The translations under genes and the position numbers were made by a program. The notes below the pieces were generated by a model. It did no database searches, was not told the DNA's origin, and saw nothing but the letters and a program-made list of their open reading frames with translations. Positions 40,134-49,884 of a stretch of 64,000 nt of DNA are shown one piece after another; the stretch's first letter is position 1, and every line of letters starts with the position of its first letter. The DNA is from an uncultured virus (IMG/VR IMGVR_UViG_3300003316_000129) (lineage: Duplodnaviria; Heunggongvirae; Uroviricota; Caudoviricetes). Location of the stretch: IMG/VR virus record IMGVR_UViG_3300003316_000129, one strand, 5' to 3'.

Positions 40134-40801
40134 ATGCCAGTAGCTAGTTTATTAATGAGTTCTCTTAGNNNNNNNNNNNNNNNNNNNNNNNNNNNNNNNN
40201 NNNNNNNNNNNNNNNNNNNNNNNNNNNNTTGCAGCGTCCAGAATATGTTATACCAAACGAAGAGTTTGAGAATAAGCGGAGGGCTGAAATAGCAGCAAAT
40301 GAAGGGATGCCTTCACAGCAGTACACTAATGCAATGAACTCGTTTCAGCGTAATCAGGCGGCTGCATTATCTAGTTCTTTAGATAGAAAGAGTGCTCTCA
40401 TGGCATTACCTAAAATACAACAACAAACGAATGATCAGATGGCTAATTTGGACGCACAAGATGCTGTAATGAGAATGCAGAACCAGAGAACGTTGTATGG
40501 AATAAATTCAAGGATAGGTCAATATAGGGACAAAGCGTTTGAGATAAATAAAATGCAGCCGTATCAAAGAGATTATGATTATGCCATGGGATTACTTGGC
40601 GCTGGAAATCAAAATTTGATGGGAGGGCTTGAAAAATTAGTGGCGGGTGCTGGGCAATTGTATTCTGATAATGGTACTTCAATTGGCGGCTCATCAGGTA
40701 AAAAGAAAAATAAACCCAACTATATTACATCAGATGAGCGATTTGCGCCGGATAATATTTACATGGATCAAGGATTTGGCTCTGGTTCATCATTAGCTTA
40801 A
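40134..40801 (+). CDS. Small ejection/internal virion protein spanning the N gap
   Basis: Probable start MPVASLL at 40134; Q/A/G-rich helical sequence after the gap. Confidence 0.55.
40169..40228. other. Assembly gap (N run)
   Basis: Run of n. Confidence 1.
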
Positions 40802-40869
40802 AGAAATAACATGGCATCAAGAAATAATATAAGCGCGCCATACGGCGATATTCTAAGGTAAAATATTCG

Positions 40870-40877
40870 TACTTTTG
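40870..40877 (+). promoter_or_regulatory. -7 promoter box for the HNH gene
   Basis: TACTTTTG, 11 nt before the ATG at 40889. Confidence 0.55.
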
Positions 40878-40888
40878 TTAAAAAAAGT

Positions 40889-41518
40889 ATGAAACATTAT
40901 GAGCTACACCAAAGAATCGGAGAATGCATTTATCTGGGGGATGATTATTGGATTAATAAAAGAAGATTCGCTTTGTTTAGATGCATGTGCGGGAATGAAT
41001 TTATGGCTAACGTAAGCAAGATAAAAAGTCTGCATACAAGAAGTTGTGGCTGCTTTCATTCAAGTCAATTAATCAAAAGAAACACAAGGCATGGGAGCGC
41101 TCTGAGGGGAAGAAAGCCAAAAGAATACAATATTTGGGTATTAATGAAGCAAAGATGCTATAATCCAAATGCTAAAGGATTCAAAAATTGGGGTGGTCGT
41201 GGAATTGAAGTTTGTAATAGATGGAAGCAGTCGTACGAAAATTTTATAGCCGACATGGGCAATTGTCCTGAAGATTGTCGAGGAATTGACAGAATTAAGA
41301 ATAATCTAGGGTATTATAAAGAAAATTGCAGGTGGGCAACTCAACAACAACAAATGCGTAATACAAGAAGAAATAGACTCATTAATTATAATGGCGAAAC
41401 AAAAACATTATCTGAATGGACTAAAGAACTAAATATGCCTAACAAATCATATTACTATTGGATGAAAAAAGGGTTAACTGATTCAGAGATTTTAGATAAA
41501 TATAAAGCAACAAAGTGA
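40889..41518 (+). CDS. HNH homing endonuclease
   Basis: CMCG..SCGC; MKQRCYNP..WGGRGI.VC.RW; IDRI.N..GY..ENCRWA. Confidence 0.9.
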   Translation: MKHYELHQRIGECIYLGDDYWINKRRFALFRCMCGNEFMANVSKIKSLHTRSCGCFHSSQLIKRNTRHGSALRGRKPKEYNIWVLMKQRCYNPNAKGFKNWGGRGIEVCNRWKQSYENFIADMGNCPEDCRGIDRIKNNLGYYKENCRWATQQQQMRNTRRNRLINYNGETKTLSEWTKELNMPNKSYYYWMKKGLTDSEILDKYKATK

Positions 41519-42975
41519 TGCCAGAAAAACATTCATATCCATGGGGAGATGCATTTATAGTTCAAACTCCAACGTTAGATAGATGGGGGCAGCAACTTTA
41601 TGCAGAACAAAAACAGAGGGAATTAAGAGCATATCAGGAAAATCAAGCTATTGATGCAAATATTCAGAAAGAATTAGGTAGAGTTCGATCAATGGACACT
41701 CCTGATGTAATAGGCGCATATCAAAAATATAAGTCATTAAAAAAAGAATTATTATTCAATAATTCATTAAAAAAAGACCCTATAGCCTATAACAAAGTTC
41801 AGCAGGATGCAGCCTTGGCATATAGAGATATTTATGAAACTGCCAATAAAAGTGCTGAAGCGAAAGATTTGGCTAAAAAAATGTTTGAAACAAGATTGAG
41901 TAAGCCAAACGATTTCAATGATAATTCGGGACAAATGATCGCTGCTTTAATGAGCACACCATTAGGTCAATTAAAAAATCACCCTCAATTCGGAGATTTA
42001 ACCGATCCGAATAATTATATGGATATGGGGATGAATACTGATTGGGGCAAGATGATGCGGGAGGCCATTGGGAATACGCCAAAAGAAGTGTATAGTGAAA
42101 AGAAAGACCTGCCTGGGGGTCTACAGACAGAAATAACGCCATATATGTACGCTAATAATCCATTACAGGTTAAGGATTATTTGATGGGTTCAATGGGGAT
42201 GAGGCAGGCTGGTAAAGATGCGGCAAAAGCATGGGATAAATTATCTGAAGATGAGATAGATAAAACAATTAAAGCATATCAATCATTGCCAAAAGAGTAT
42301 TGGCAAAAAATGGGCCTGTCTGGCCCACAAGACCTTTTCCCTAAAAATCCCGATAGCAAAGCGGAGAACTATGCTTCCTTTTTAGCCATGAAAGATGCAG
42401 TCAGCAGAAAGCCGGAGCCTGGCAAACCGCAAACGGTTAATAACTTGAAAGCCATAAAGGATTTGGATTTTGAAAGGAATAAACAGATGGAGGCAATAAA
42501 ACATGCCAATGACAAAGAGCTGGCTCAGTTTAAAAAGAAAATTGATCCAAATGACACAGATATGAATAACGTGTGGTATAAGGCTCATTTGGATAATATA
42601 ATTCAAGAGGCTAATACAAAAAAAGAAAGGAGGCACGTATTTACAACTGGCGGTAAGTCATTGTATTATTATAATGTAATAAAGCCTGATCCTTTTACTA
42701 TGAAAGCGTTTGAGCGTAATGGGAGAGAACCGAATAGAATTGGCATAACGGAAACGGGGGATATTGTTCCTATTTTTTATAAATATGATTCTAAAAATGA
42801 AATATTAAAATCTAGCGACGGCACTCCCCTTATTGATGACGATAGCGAGCCGATGTCATATGAGCAGGCGTTAATAAGCCTTGGTTATAGAGGTGCTACT
42901 AAGAAACAATTAAGTAGCGATTTGAAAGGAATAAAAAATCAATCTAAACATAACGATCCGTTAGGATTATTTTAA
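41515..42975 (+). CDS. Ejection/internal virion protein
   Basis: Helical, charged; ends DPLGLF; TAATG-coupled to the 1737-aa gene. Confidence 0.6.
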   Translation: MMPEKHSYPWGDAFIVQTPTLDRWGQQLYAEQKQRELRAYQENQAIDANIQKELGRVRSMDTPDVIGAYQKYKSLKKELLFNNSLKKDPIAYNKVQQDAALAYRDIYETANKSAEAKDLAKKMFETRLSKPNDFNDNSGQMIAALMSTPLGQLKNHPQFGDLTDPNNYMDMGMNTDWGKMMREAIGNTPKEVYSEKKDLPGGLQTEITPYMYANNPLQVKDYLMGSMGMRQAGKDAAKAWDKLSEDEIDKTIKAYQSLPKEYWQKMGLSGPQDLFPKNPDSKAENYASFLAMKDAVSRKPEPGKPQTVNNLKAIKDLDFERNKQMEAIKHANDKELAQFKKKIDPNDTDMNNVWYKAHLDNIIQEANTKKERRHVFTTGGKSLYYYNVIKPDPFTMKAFERNGREPNRIGITETGDIVPIFYKYDSKNEILKSSDGTPLIDDDSEPMSYEQALISLGYRGATKKQLSSDLKGIKNQSKHNDPLGLF

Positions 42976-45900
42976 TGCCAGTAGATAAACTAACAGTAGA
43001 CCAATTTGCGCAAAAAATAAAAGCGAAATATCCTCAGTACAAGGATGTTAATGATAGTGTTTTGGTTGAAAAAATAATAGCAAAACATCCTGAATATAAG
43101 GAAAGAGTGAATGTTCAGCAGACGCAAACAGCGCCGACTTCTGAAATGCCAACACAGCAAGCCTTTAAAGTGCAAATATCAGAACCTACTTTTAAATCAG
43201 CTCCGACGCAAGAGCCGCCAGTAAGATCATTTACTGATCAAAGGCCATATGATGAACACGGATTGGTAAAGCTTCAACGGAAGGCTCAGTTAGCAAAAGA
43301 AAATATAGATACTGAGCTTCATTTAAATGACGCCCAATATGAAAAAAATATTAGGCAGATAAGAAGCGATGCCTTTACAATGGAAGATTTAAAAAAAGAG
43401 GCGAAAGAGAAAGGATACATAATACCTATTGGTAAGGAAAATGAATATCTGAAATTAGCTAAAGAAAGACGATATAATCTTCCGGTTTCTCCTGAAGATA
43501 TTTCGGATATAAAAACAGGGACAATTCTTAACAATGATGCATCTAGGCAATTTATAAAGCAAATAAACAATCCTAAGGCGCAAAAGAGCGCTTATTTGGT
43601 AGACGCCTATAATCATGCGTCGAACGACATAAATGGCTTGGATCGTGTTGAGAAGATTAAAGAAAATGCCAAAAAAATAGAAAAGCAAGAATATGAATAT
43701 GACCCTGTTAGTATGACTCTTGGTAAAAGGCAGGGCTTCATTGGGAGTGTGTTTGCAGGGCGCAAAGAATTGGACAATTCTTTTGATCTGTATGAATATA
43801 TAAGGTCAGCGCCAGATGCCTCTATTACCGATAGGCTGAATAGAGAAATAACGCAAGATATTGATGAGCCAGTATCTCTTCCAGAAGGGATGATGGGTAA
43901 CTTAGGACACATGATTGGAGGACAGCCTATAAAGGGGTTGCTTGGTGGCGGTATCGCAGCAGCAGGGGCTTCACTTTCTGGTAATCCGGAAGCCGCTCCC
44001 GCTGCATTCAAATTAGTCAGCGCCGGATTGTCTGCCGTTGATATGTATAGAGTCGGGTTTGCAAATGCATTAAAAAGCAATTATGCTATGTTTAAACAGC
44101 AGGGGCTATCTGATAATGAGGCGCTTCAGAAAGCGAAGCCTATCGCTGAAGATCAAGCTAATATTGATGCGGCATCGGCGGCGGCCATGAGTTTTGCTGC
44201 TGGTAAAACGGCCTTCAAACCAACTGGATTAACGTTGTCAACTCTTAATAAATCACTTAGCTCCGCATTAACTCAAATAGGTGAGGCTGGCGGTAAAAAG
44301 GCGTTGGAGGGCTTAGGCGTAGGAAGCATTGGGGGAGTAACCCAAATTATCAAAAACATTCAAGCTCAAAATGCGGGGCTCCCTGTTGAAACAATAGAAG
44401 GCGTAGGAGATCAGATCAAGGCAGGCGCTCTTCTTACAGTAGCAACACATGTTATTGCAAAGTCGGCCAACGCCTTAAAGCCATCAACGTTAAATAAACT
44501 AACAAAGTCCCTCTCAAACGTACCGAAAGAAGTAATAGATAATAATATCACTGAGCAAGAGCAGGCTGGTCACATATCACCGGAAGAGGCGAGAACTGCT
44601 AGAGAATTACTTTCGGAAGCGAAAGGGGTATATGGCGCTATACCAGACGACATTCCTGAGACAGACAGGATAAAAATAGCAGAAAAAATAAAAGAAAGAA
44701 ATACTTTAAAAAATAAATTAGAGCAAGTAGATGAAGCCTATCATCCAGAAATAAAAGAAAAAATAAAAGGGTTAAATGAACAAATAATAAATATTTCAAA
44801 GGGATCGGATAGGGGAGACTTGCAGTCTTTAATAAATAAAGAAATAAACGCCGGTAATATTCATGGGGATGCTGTTGAACCATTTAAAAATGCGACAGAA
44901 AAAGAACTCGAACAATATATGAAAGACATATCGGAGCAGGCTCATGATCCGGCAACAGAGCAGGCTGCTATTGATGCGTTTGGAGCGAATATTGTAAATA
45001 AAGCAAAGGAACTATATCCTGTTTCTTATGAAAGACTAAAAGAAAAAGAGTTGAATGAACTAAAGAATGGTATAGAGAAAAGAAGAAAAGATGAATTAAG
45101 TTCGAGAACAGAACCTCAGAAGTACTATTCTTTTATTAAGAATAAAGAAATATCTTCTGCTGATATCCATTTGCCTGAAGTAGGAAGTTGGCATAATGAC
45201 AGGTCGGCAACTCTTTATGGCGGCAATAATAAGATAGAGACATTTGATTTAACAGATGCAGAACTGAATGAATTAAAAAAATCAAATACCAGAGAAGAAA
45301 GAGCTGCTTTAAAGCAGAAAATTGCCGAAAGGAGGTTGTCAGAGATAGAATTAGAGATAAATAAAAAATATGATGATGAAATTAACTCATTAAATTCAAA
45401 AGAAAATGCCGAAACAATACGAAGCGATGAGGGACAAGTTTCACAGCCAGGGATTGAGCCTAGCGGCGGCCAAGAGCAAAGCGGCGGCAATATACAATTC
45501 CATGCGGAAGAAACACCCATCAATGGAGAAACTGAGCAACAAGCCGGAGAGCAACAACAAGCGGGTGATGTTCAAGGGGAGAAAGTAAATCCAATGGAAG
45601 GAGGTATACCTCCCAATATGTTGGACTTGCCATTTACGCCAGAAGAAGGAGATGTTGGACGGTTGGCTCATGCGGACACTGAAAAGATATATCGTGATCT
45701 TGGTATGACGGATCGAGTGCCACGGGCAACAAAGAATGATATAGCGCTTGAATCCGAAGCAGACGAGATGATAAGAAATGGGTATGATTTTGAAGGTAAA
45801 GCAGATCGTGTTATTTCTGGTAGGGATAAATCATTTACAGATGCAGAGCAAGTGGCTTTCGCGAAGATGGTTGGAGCCTTAAATGTGAAATTGCAATCCT

Positions 45901-48188
45901 TGGATGTAAATTCACCAGAATTTAATTCTACATGGGAGACAATTGAAAGGCTTAGTCGTGCAAGTGATATAGTTGGCTCTGAAGAAGGCGCGGCATTTAG
46001 GGCTAGAAGAATGTTTGTGTTGAATGATGAAACATTGTCTTCATTCCTTAAAAGAGCTAAGGATGCTAATATGGATGCGCCATTAACAGATGAGCAAATT
46101 AGAGATGTAAAGTCGAGGTTTGACGACCTCATGGCAACCAAAGAGGCATATCGGGCGCGGCTTGAAAAGCTAGCTGCTGATTATAAAAAACTACAGGCGG
46201 AGAAAGCGATAAAATCAGCATCAAAAGAAAAATCAACATCTAAAGATTATAAGGCAGAGAGAAAAGATATTCTGGATAGCATTGCTAAGAAATGGAAAGA
46301 CAATAGCAAGTTAAGTGTGGCTGTTGTGCCTTATGCGGATAAACTTGTTGCTATTGCTCCTGATGTAATGAAATTGGTAGCAAATATTGTTCGTGATGGT
46401 ATAGATAAACTTCCAGATGTTATTGACGCTGTCCATAATTATTTAAAAGACAACTTGCCAGAACTTACAAAAGAAGATGTGCATAATATTATAGCTGGTG
46501 AATATTCACAAAAGCAAACAAAGACTTCATTACAAGAAAAGATAGCCGAAATAAAAATGGAGGCTACTTTGATAAATAGACTTGAATCTTTAAAGGCCGG
46601 TGTGCAGCCTAAATCCGAAAGACAAAGAAAAATTAGAAGCGCTGAAATAGAAAAGTTGCGCGGGCAAATAAAAGAATTAACCGACCGACCAGAAAAAACC
46701 GAAGCGGAAAATTTAGCCGCATTAAAGGCTAGATATAAAAAACAAACAGCAGAACTACAAAAGAAAATTGACGAAGGTGACTTTGAGCCAGAAGAACGAA
46801 AAGAGTTGGAATTGGATAAAGAAGCACAGGATTTAAAAGATGCCTATATCAAAAAGAAAATAGAATGGCAAAAACACATAGCTCAAGAGGCGTATAATAA
46901 TAGAACAACAGGAGAAAAGGCAAAAGACAGAGTTATAGAAGTTTTGAATATACCAAGAACCCTAATGGCTTCCGCGGATTTATCAGCGCCATTGCGACAG
47001 GGGTTAGTTGTAACGGCTTCACATCCAGGTATAGCATCAAAGGCTTTCGTTGAGAGCGTTAGGCAGGCGATTAGTCCTGCTCGTTTTGATAGATGGTTGT
47101 ATGATTTAAAAGAAAGCGAATATTATAAAAATGTGCTTGAAAAGTCCGGGTTGTATATAGCCGATCCTAATAATTTGCATTTGTCTGCAAAAGAAGAGGC
47201 GTTTATGACGAATCTGGCAGAAAAAATACCATTAATTGGAGATACATTAAAACTTGGGAAGTTTGGAAAGAAGATTGGTTTAGGAGAGGATGCAAAATTG
47301 CCAGGTTTGGGAATTGTATCTAAAAGCGAACGAGCATATGTAGCGTATCTAAACAAAATGAGAGTGGATATATTTACCATGTATGCAAAAGCTTTAGCTG
47401 ATGATAAGATGACACCAAAAACGCATCCTGAAGTTTATGAGGGCCTGGCAACATTTGTAAATGCGGCTACTGGGCGTGGTGAACTAGGCGCATTAGAGCC
47501 TGCTGCAAAGGTATTGAACACGGTATTTTTCTCTCCACGATTAATGGCATCCAGAATAAATATGCTAAATCCGGTATGGTATGCATCCTTACCAAGAGCA
47601 GTACGAATAATGGCATTAAAAGATATGGGTAAGACTATTGGATTGGGAGCCGCAACGCTTACACTATTGTCTATGGTTCCGGGAATTAAAGTAGAAACAG
47701 ACCCCAGAAGCACAGACTTTGGTAAGGTGCATGCTGGAAATACTAGATGGGATATTTGGGGTGGATTTCAGCAATATGTTCGTGTGATGGCTCAGGTATT
47801 AAGCCAGAAGGAGAAAAAGGGAGATGGAAGCGTAGTGCCTCTTGGGTCGAAAATCGGACAAGAATCAGCAGGAACAAAAATACTCAAGTTGTTTAGAGGC
47901 AAATTAGCTCCCATCCCGTCAATAGTTACGGATATTGCTATGGGTAAAACCGCAACAGGCGAAGATGTGGAATTAAAAAGTGAATTAAAGGAGCATCTTA
48001 TTCCAATGATAGGCAATGACATTGCTGACGCATGGAAAGAACAGGGGCCAGCATCCATAGCCGCTGTAGGTATACCAAGCTTTTTGGGCATTGGCACAAC
48101 AACATATGAGTCAAAATCCCCCAAATCAAAATCGCATGCTCATTCAAAAAACTCAAAATCTAAACATAAAAAGCACATAAAAAAATAG
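42975..48188 (+). CDS. Large ejection/polyvalent virion protein
   Basis: 1737 aa; KAKYPQY.D..D N-terminus; G/A-rich segment; coiled coil; D.SAPLRQG, FSPR and STDFGK motifs. Confidence 0.7.
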   Translation: MPVDKLTVDQFAQKIKAKYPQYKDVNDSVLVEKIIAKHPEYKERVNVQQTQTAPTSEMPTQQAFKVQISEPTFKSAPTQEPPVRSFTDQRPYDEHGLVKLQRKAQLAKENIDTELHLNDAQYEKNIRQIRSDAFTMEDLKKEAKEKGYIIPIGKENEYLKLAKERRYNLPVSPEDISDIKTGTILNNDASRQFIKQINNPKAQKSAYLVDAYNHASNDINGLDRVEKIKENAKKIEKQEYEYDPVSMTLGKRQGFIGSVFAGRKELDNSFDLYEYIRSAPDASITDRLNREITQDIDEPVSLPEGMMGNLGHMIGGQPIKGLLGGGIAAAGASLSGNPEAAPAAFKLVSAGLSAVDMYRVGFANALKSNYAMFKQQGLSDNEALQKAKPIAEDQANIDAASAAAMSFAAGKTAFKPTGLTLSTLNKSLSSALTQIGEAGGKKALEGLGVGSIGGVTQIIKNIQAQNAGLPVETIEGVGDQIKAGALLTVATHVIAKSANALKPSTLNKLTKSLSNVPKEVIDNNITEQEQAGHISPEEARTARELLSEAKGVYGAIPDDIPETDRIKIAEKIKERNTLKNKLEQVDEAYHPEIKEKIKGLNEQIINISKGSDRGDLQSLINKEINAGNIHGDAVEPFKNATEKELEQYMKDISEQAHDPATEQAAIDAFGANIVNKAKELYPVSYERLKEKELNELKNGIEKRRKDELSSRTEPQKYYSFIKNKEISSADIHLPEVGSWHNDRSATLYGGNNKIETFDLTDAELNELKKSNTREERAALKQKIAERRLSEIELEINKKYDDEINSLNSKENAETIRSDEGQVSQPGIEPSGGQEQSGGNIQFHAEETPINGETEQQAGEQQQAGDVQGEKVNPMEGGIPPNMLDLPFTPEEGDVGRLAHADTEKIYRDLGMTDRVPRATKNDIALESEADEMIRNGYDFEGKADRVISGRDKSFTDAEQVAFAKMVGALNVKLQSLDVNSPEFNSTWETIERLSRASDIVGSEEGAAFRARRMFVLNDETLSSFLKRAKDANMDAPLTDEQIRDVKSRFDDLMATKEAYRARLEKLAADYKKLQAEKAIKSASKEKSTSKDYKAERKDILDSIAKKWKDNSKLSVAVVPYADKLVAIAPDVMKLVANIVRDGIDKLPDVIDAVHNYLKDNLPELTKEDVHNIIAGEYSQKQTKTSLQEKIAEIKMEATLINRLESLKAGVQPKSERQRKIRSAEIEKLRGQIKELTDRPEKTEAENLAALKARYKKQTAELQKKIDEGDFEPEERKELELDKEAQDLKDAYIKKKIEWQKHIAQEAYNNRTTGEKAKDRVIEVLNIPRTLMASADLSAPLRQGLVVTASHPGIASKAFVESVRQAISPARFDRWLYDLKESEYYKNVLEKSGLYIADPNNLHLSAKEEAFMTNLAEKIPLIGDTLKLGKFGKKIGLGEDAKLPGLGIVSKSERAYVAYLNKMRVDIFTMYAKALADDKMTPKTHPEVYEGLATFVNAATGRGELGALEPAAKVLNTVFFSPRLMASRINMLNPVWYASLPRAVRIMALKDMGKTIGLGAATLTLLSMVPGIKVETDPRSTDFGKVHAGNTRWDIWGGFQQYVRVMAQVLSQKEKKGDGSVVPLGSKIGQESAGTKILKLFRGKLAPIPSIVTDIAMGKTATGEDVELKSELKEHLIPMIGNDIADAWKEQGPASIAAVGIPSFLGIGTTTYESKSPKSKSHAHSKNSKSKHKKHIKK
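45406..45588 (+). CDS. Nested +1-frame small basic protein
   Basis: MPKQYEAMRDKFHSQGLSLAAAKSKAAAIYNSMRKK reads as a real protein; A-rich start context; host frame is a low-complexity linker here. Confidence 0.6.
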   Translation: MPKQYEAMRDKFHSQGLSLAAAKSKAAAIYNSMRKKHPSMEKLSNKPESNNKRVMFKGRK

Positions 48189-48192
48189 GTAT

Positions 48193-48729
48193 ATGGAAAA
48201 GAAAGTAATGTTTAAGAAAAGAATAACTGCTACTAATGATGGCGATCCTATTTCACCGCCATCAAATTACAAGCCGTTGACAGTCCAACAAAGAAAGGAC
48301 TGGAATGATTTTCTTGATTATTTAGAAAAAGAAGGGATAGGAGGAAAAACAGATTTAGATAAAAGAGATCAAGCATTAGGATTGAAGTATCTACAAAAAT
48401 ATCGTGCCATGAATCCTAAAACAATGGTAACACCAGATATGATCCCATCTGTTCAGTATGAGCAATACATGCTTCGAAAAGGCGATAGTTTCCCTGGACT
48501 AAAACCAGAGGAATTGGCTTATATCAGAAAGGGATTAAATCCAGCTTTCCTAAATAAGCCGGTATCACCAGTGGATTCGTGGCTAGGTTCGCTTACATCG
48601 AGACAATATTATCCAACTGCGCGACGAGGTACTAATCAAGGGGCCTCTTACGATTTTGGGGTTAATATGGAAGACTACGTTAGGAGTTTACAAAATTCTG
48701 AATTACAGGAAAAATACAGGGTAAAATAA
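48193..48729 (+). CDS. Hypothetical protein
   Basis: 178-aa ORF. Confidence 0.7.
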   Translation: MEKKVMFKKRITATNDGDPISPPSNYKPLTVQQRKDWNDFLDYLEKEGIGGKTDLDKRDQALGLKYLQKYRAMNPKTMVTPDMIPSVQYEQYMLRKGDSFPGLKPEELAYIRKGLNPAFLNKPVSPVDSWLGSLTSRQYYPTARRGTNQGASYDFGVNMEDYVRSLQNSELQEKYRVK

Positions 48730-48776
48730 TCAATAAATAAAAGTAATTTTATATCATATTTCAATACCTGATTTGT

Positions 48777-49310
48777 ATGGCGTTCACCGGCACTTTTTCT
48801 ATTACGCAAACTTCTGATTTTTCATCGTTCACTGTGAACGATTTAAGCTCATACGCGGGAGAAGGACAGGGTACTTTTTCTGGTAGAAGAATCTATATTT
48901 ATAATGTCGACGGAACCACTCGCGTACCGACTGGCACAACCACTTCATATATCAATTTCCCTTTTACAGATGGTTCAAGTAAATTAATAAGTGGCATATT
49001 GGATACAGATGCCTCGTTGCTTATTAATGTGGTGTGGCTGAGTAATAACCCACAGCCCGGTTCAACTTATGATGCGCAGGATGTTTATTCATTCTTGAAT
49101 TATTTAAAGCAATTTTTGAATGGGCAGATAAGTAACTTATCTGATAATCCAGATGTGTTAAACAATACGAACTGGTATACTGACTTGTTCAAATTGCAAA
49201 CAGAAATTAATAATGCTGAATCGGCAACTGATGATGGTCAGCAGTATTCTGCGCAGGCAGCAATTAGTAGAGGATTATACCTTAAACAAAACTCACAATT
49301 CTTTTTCTAA
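48777..49310 (+). CDS. Virion structural protein (tail hub/fibre dock)
   Basis: S/T/N-rich beta composition; precedes fibre genes. Confidence 0.55.
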   Translation: MAFTGTFSITQTSDFSSFTVNDLSSYAGEGQGTFSGRRIYIYNVDGTTRVPTGTTTSYINFPFTDGSSKLISGILDTDASLLINVVWLSNNPQPGSTYDAQDVYSFLNYLKQFLNGQISNLSDNPDVLNNTNWYTDLFKLQTEINNAESATDDGQQYSAQAAISRGLYLKQNSQFFF

Positions 49311-49882
49311 TGGCAGTCCCAGTATCAACATATCTTAATTATGCCAGAATATGTCAATATCTATCATCAGATGGTAATTCTAAAAAGAGACTATTTCAGG
49401 GAGGCGGTGATAGACCTTCCCAACCGGCACTCCTTTATATAGTAAGGGAATCCGTTCAGTGGTTGTATGACATTGATCCAACTAATACTGGCCTGCCAAA
49501 ACAGGCTAACTATTTGTTTTCATTGTGCAATCCGTATGTGCATTTGGCTCAGAATATAATCAATTCCGGGAGTACTGGTAATATTATAAATCCTTCAACT
49601 GGTAATAACGTGACAATAGCAACACCTTTGGTTCAGTTTCGAGTTGGAGATATTGGGGCTCCAATGACTGCCGGACAAACAACACTCACTCTGAATTATT
49701 CAGGAGTGGTAAATCCAAGCATTGAGATAACATTGGATGGAACCGAACTTCCGTATAATGACAGCAATCAAATATCATATACGGCATCCTACAACACAAA
49801 CAACATTCAAATAGTGTTCAATCAGGGCGTGCAGAACGGTCAATTATATATGATACATTTTGTGCAACTTGTTAATGTGTAA
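49310..49882 (+). CDS. Virion structural protein
   Basis: TAATG-coupled; beta-rich C-terminus. Confidence 0.55.
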   Translation: MAVPVSTYLNYARICQYLSSDGNSKKRLFQGGGDRPSQPALLYIVRESVQWLYDIDPTNTGLPKQANYLFSLCNPYVHLAQNIINSGSTGNIINPSTGNNVTIATPLVQFRVGDIGAPMTAGQTTLTLNYSGVVNPSIEITLDGTELPYNDSNQISYTASYNTNNIQIVFNQGVQNGQLYMIHFVQLVNV

Positions 49883-49884
49883 TA

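Noticed and set aside
40850..41550. Group I intron interrupting the 486-aa gene
   Set aside because: The HNH ORF fills almost the whole insert, leaving no room for a catalytic core, and the in-frame junction I tested does not end in the required G
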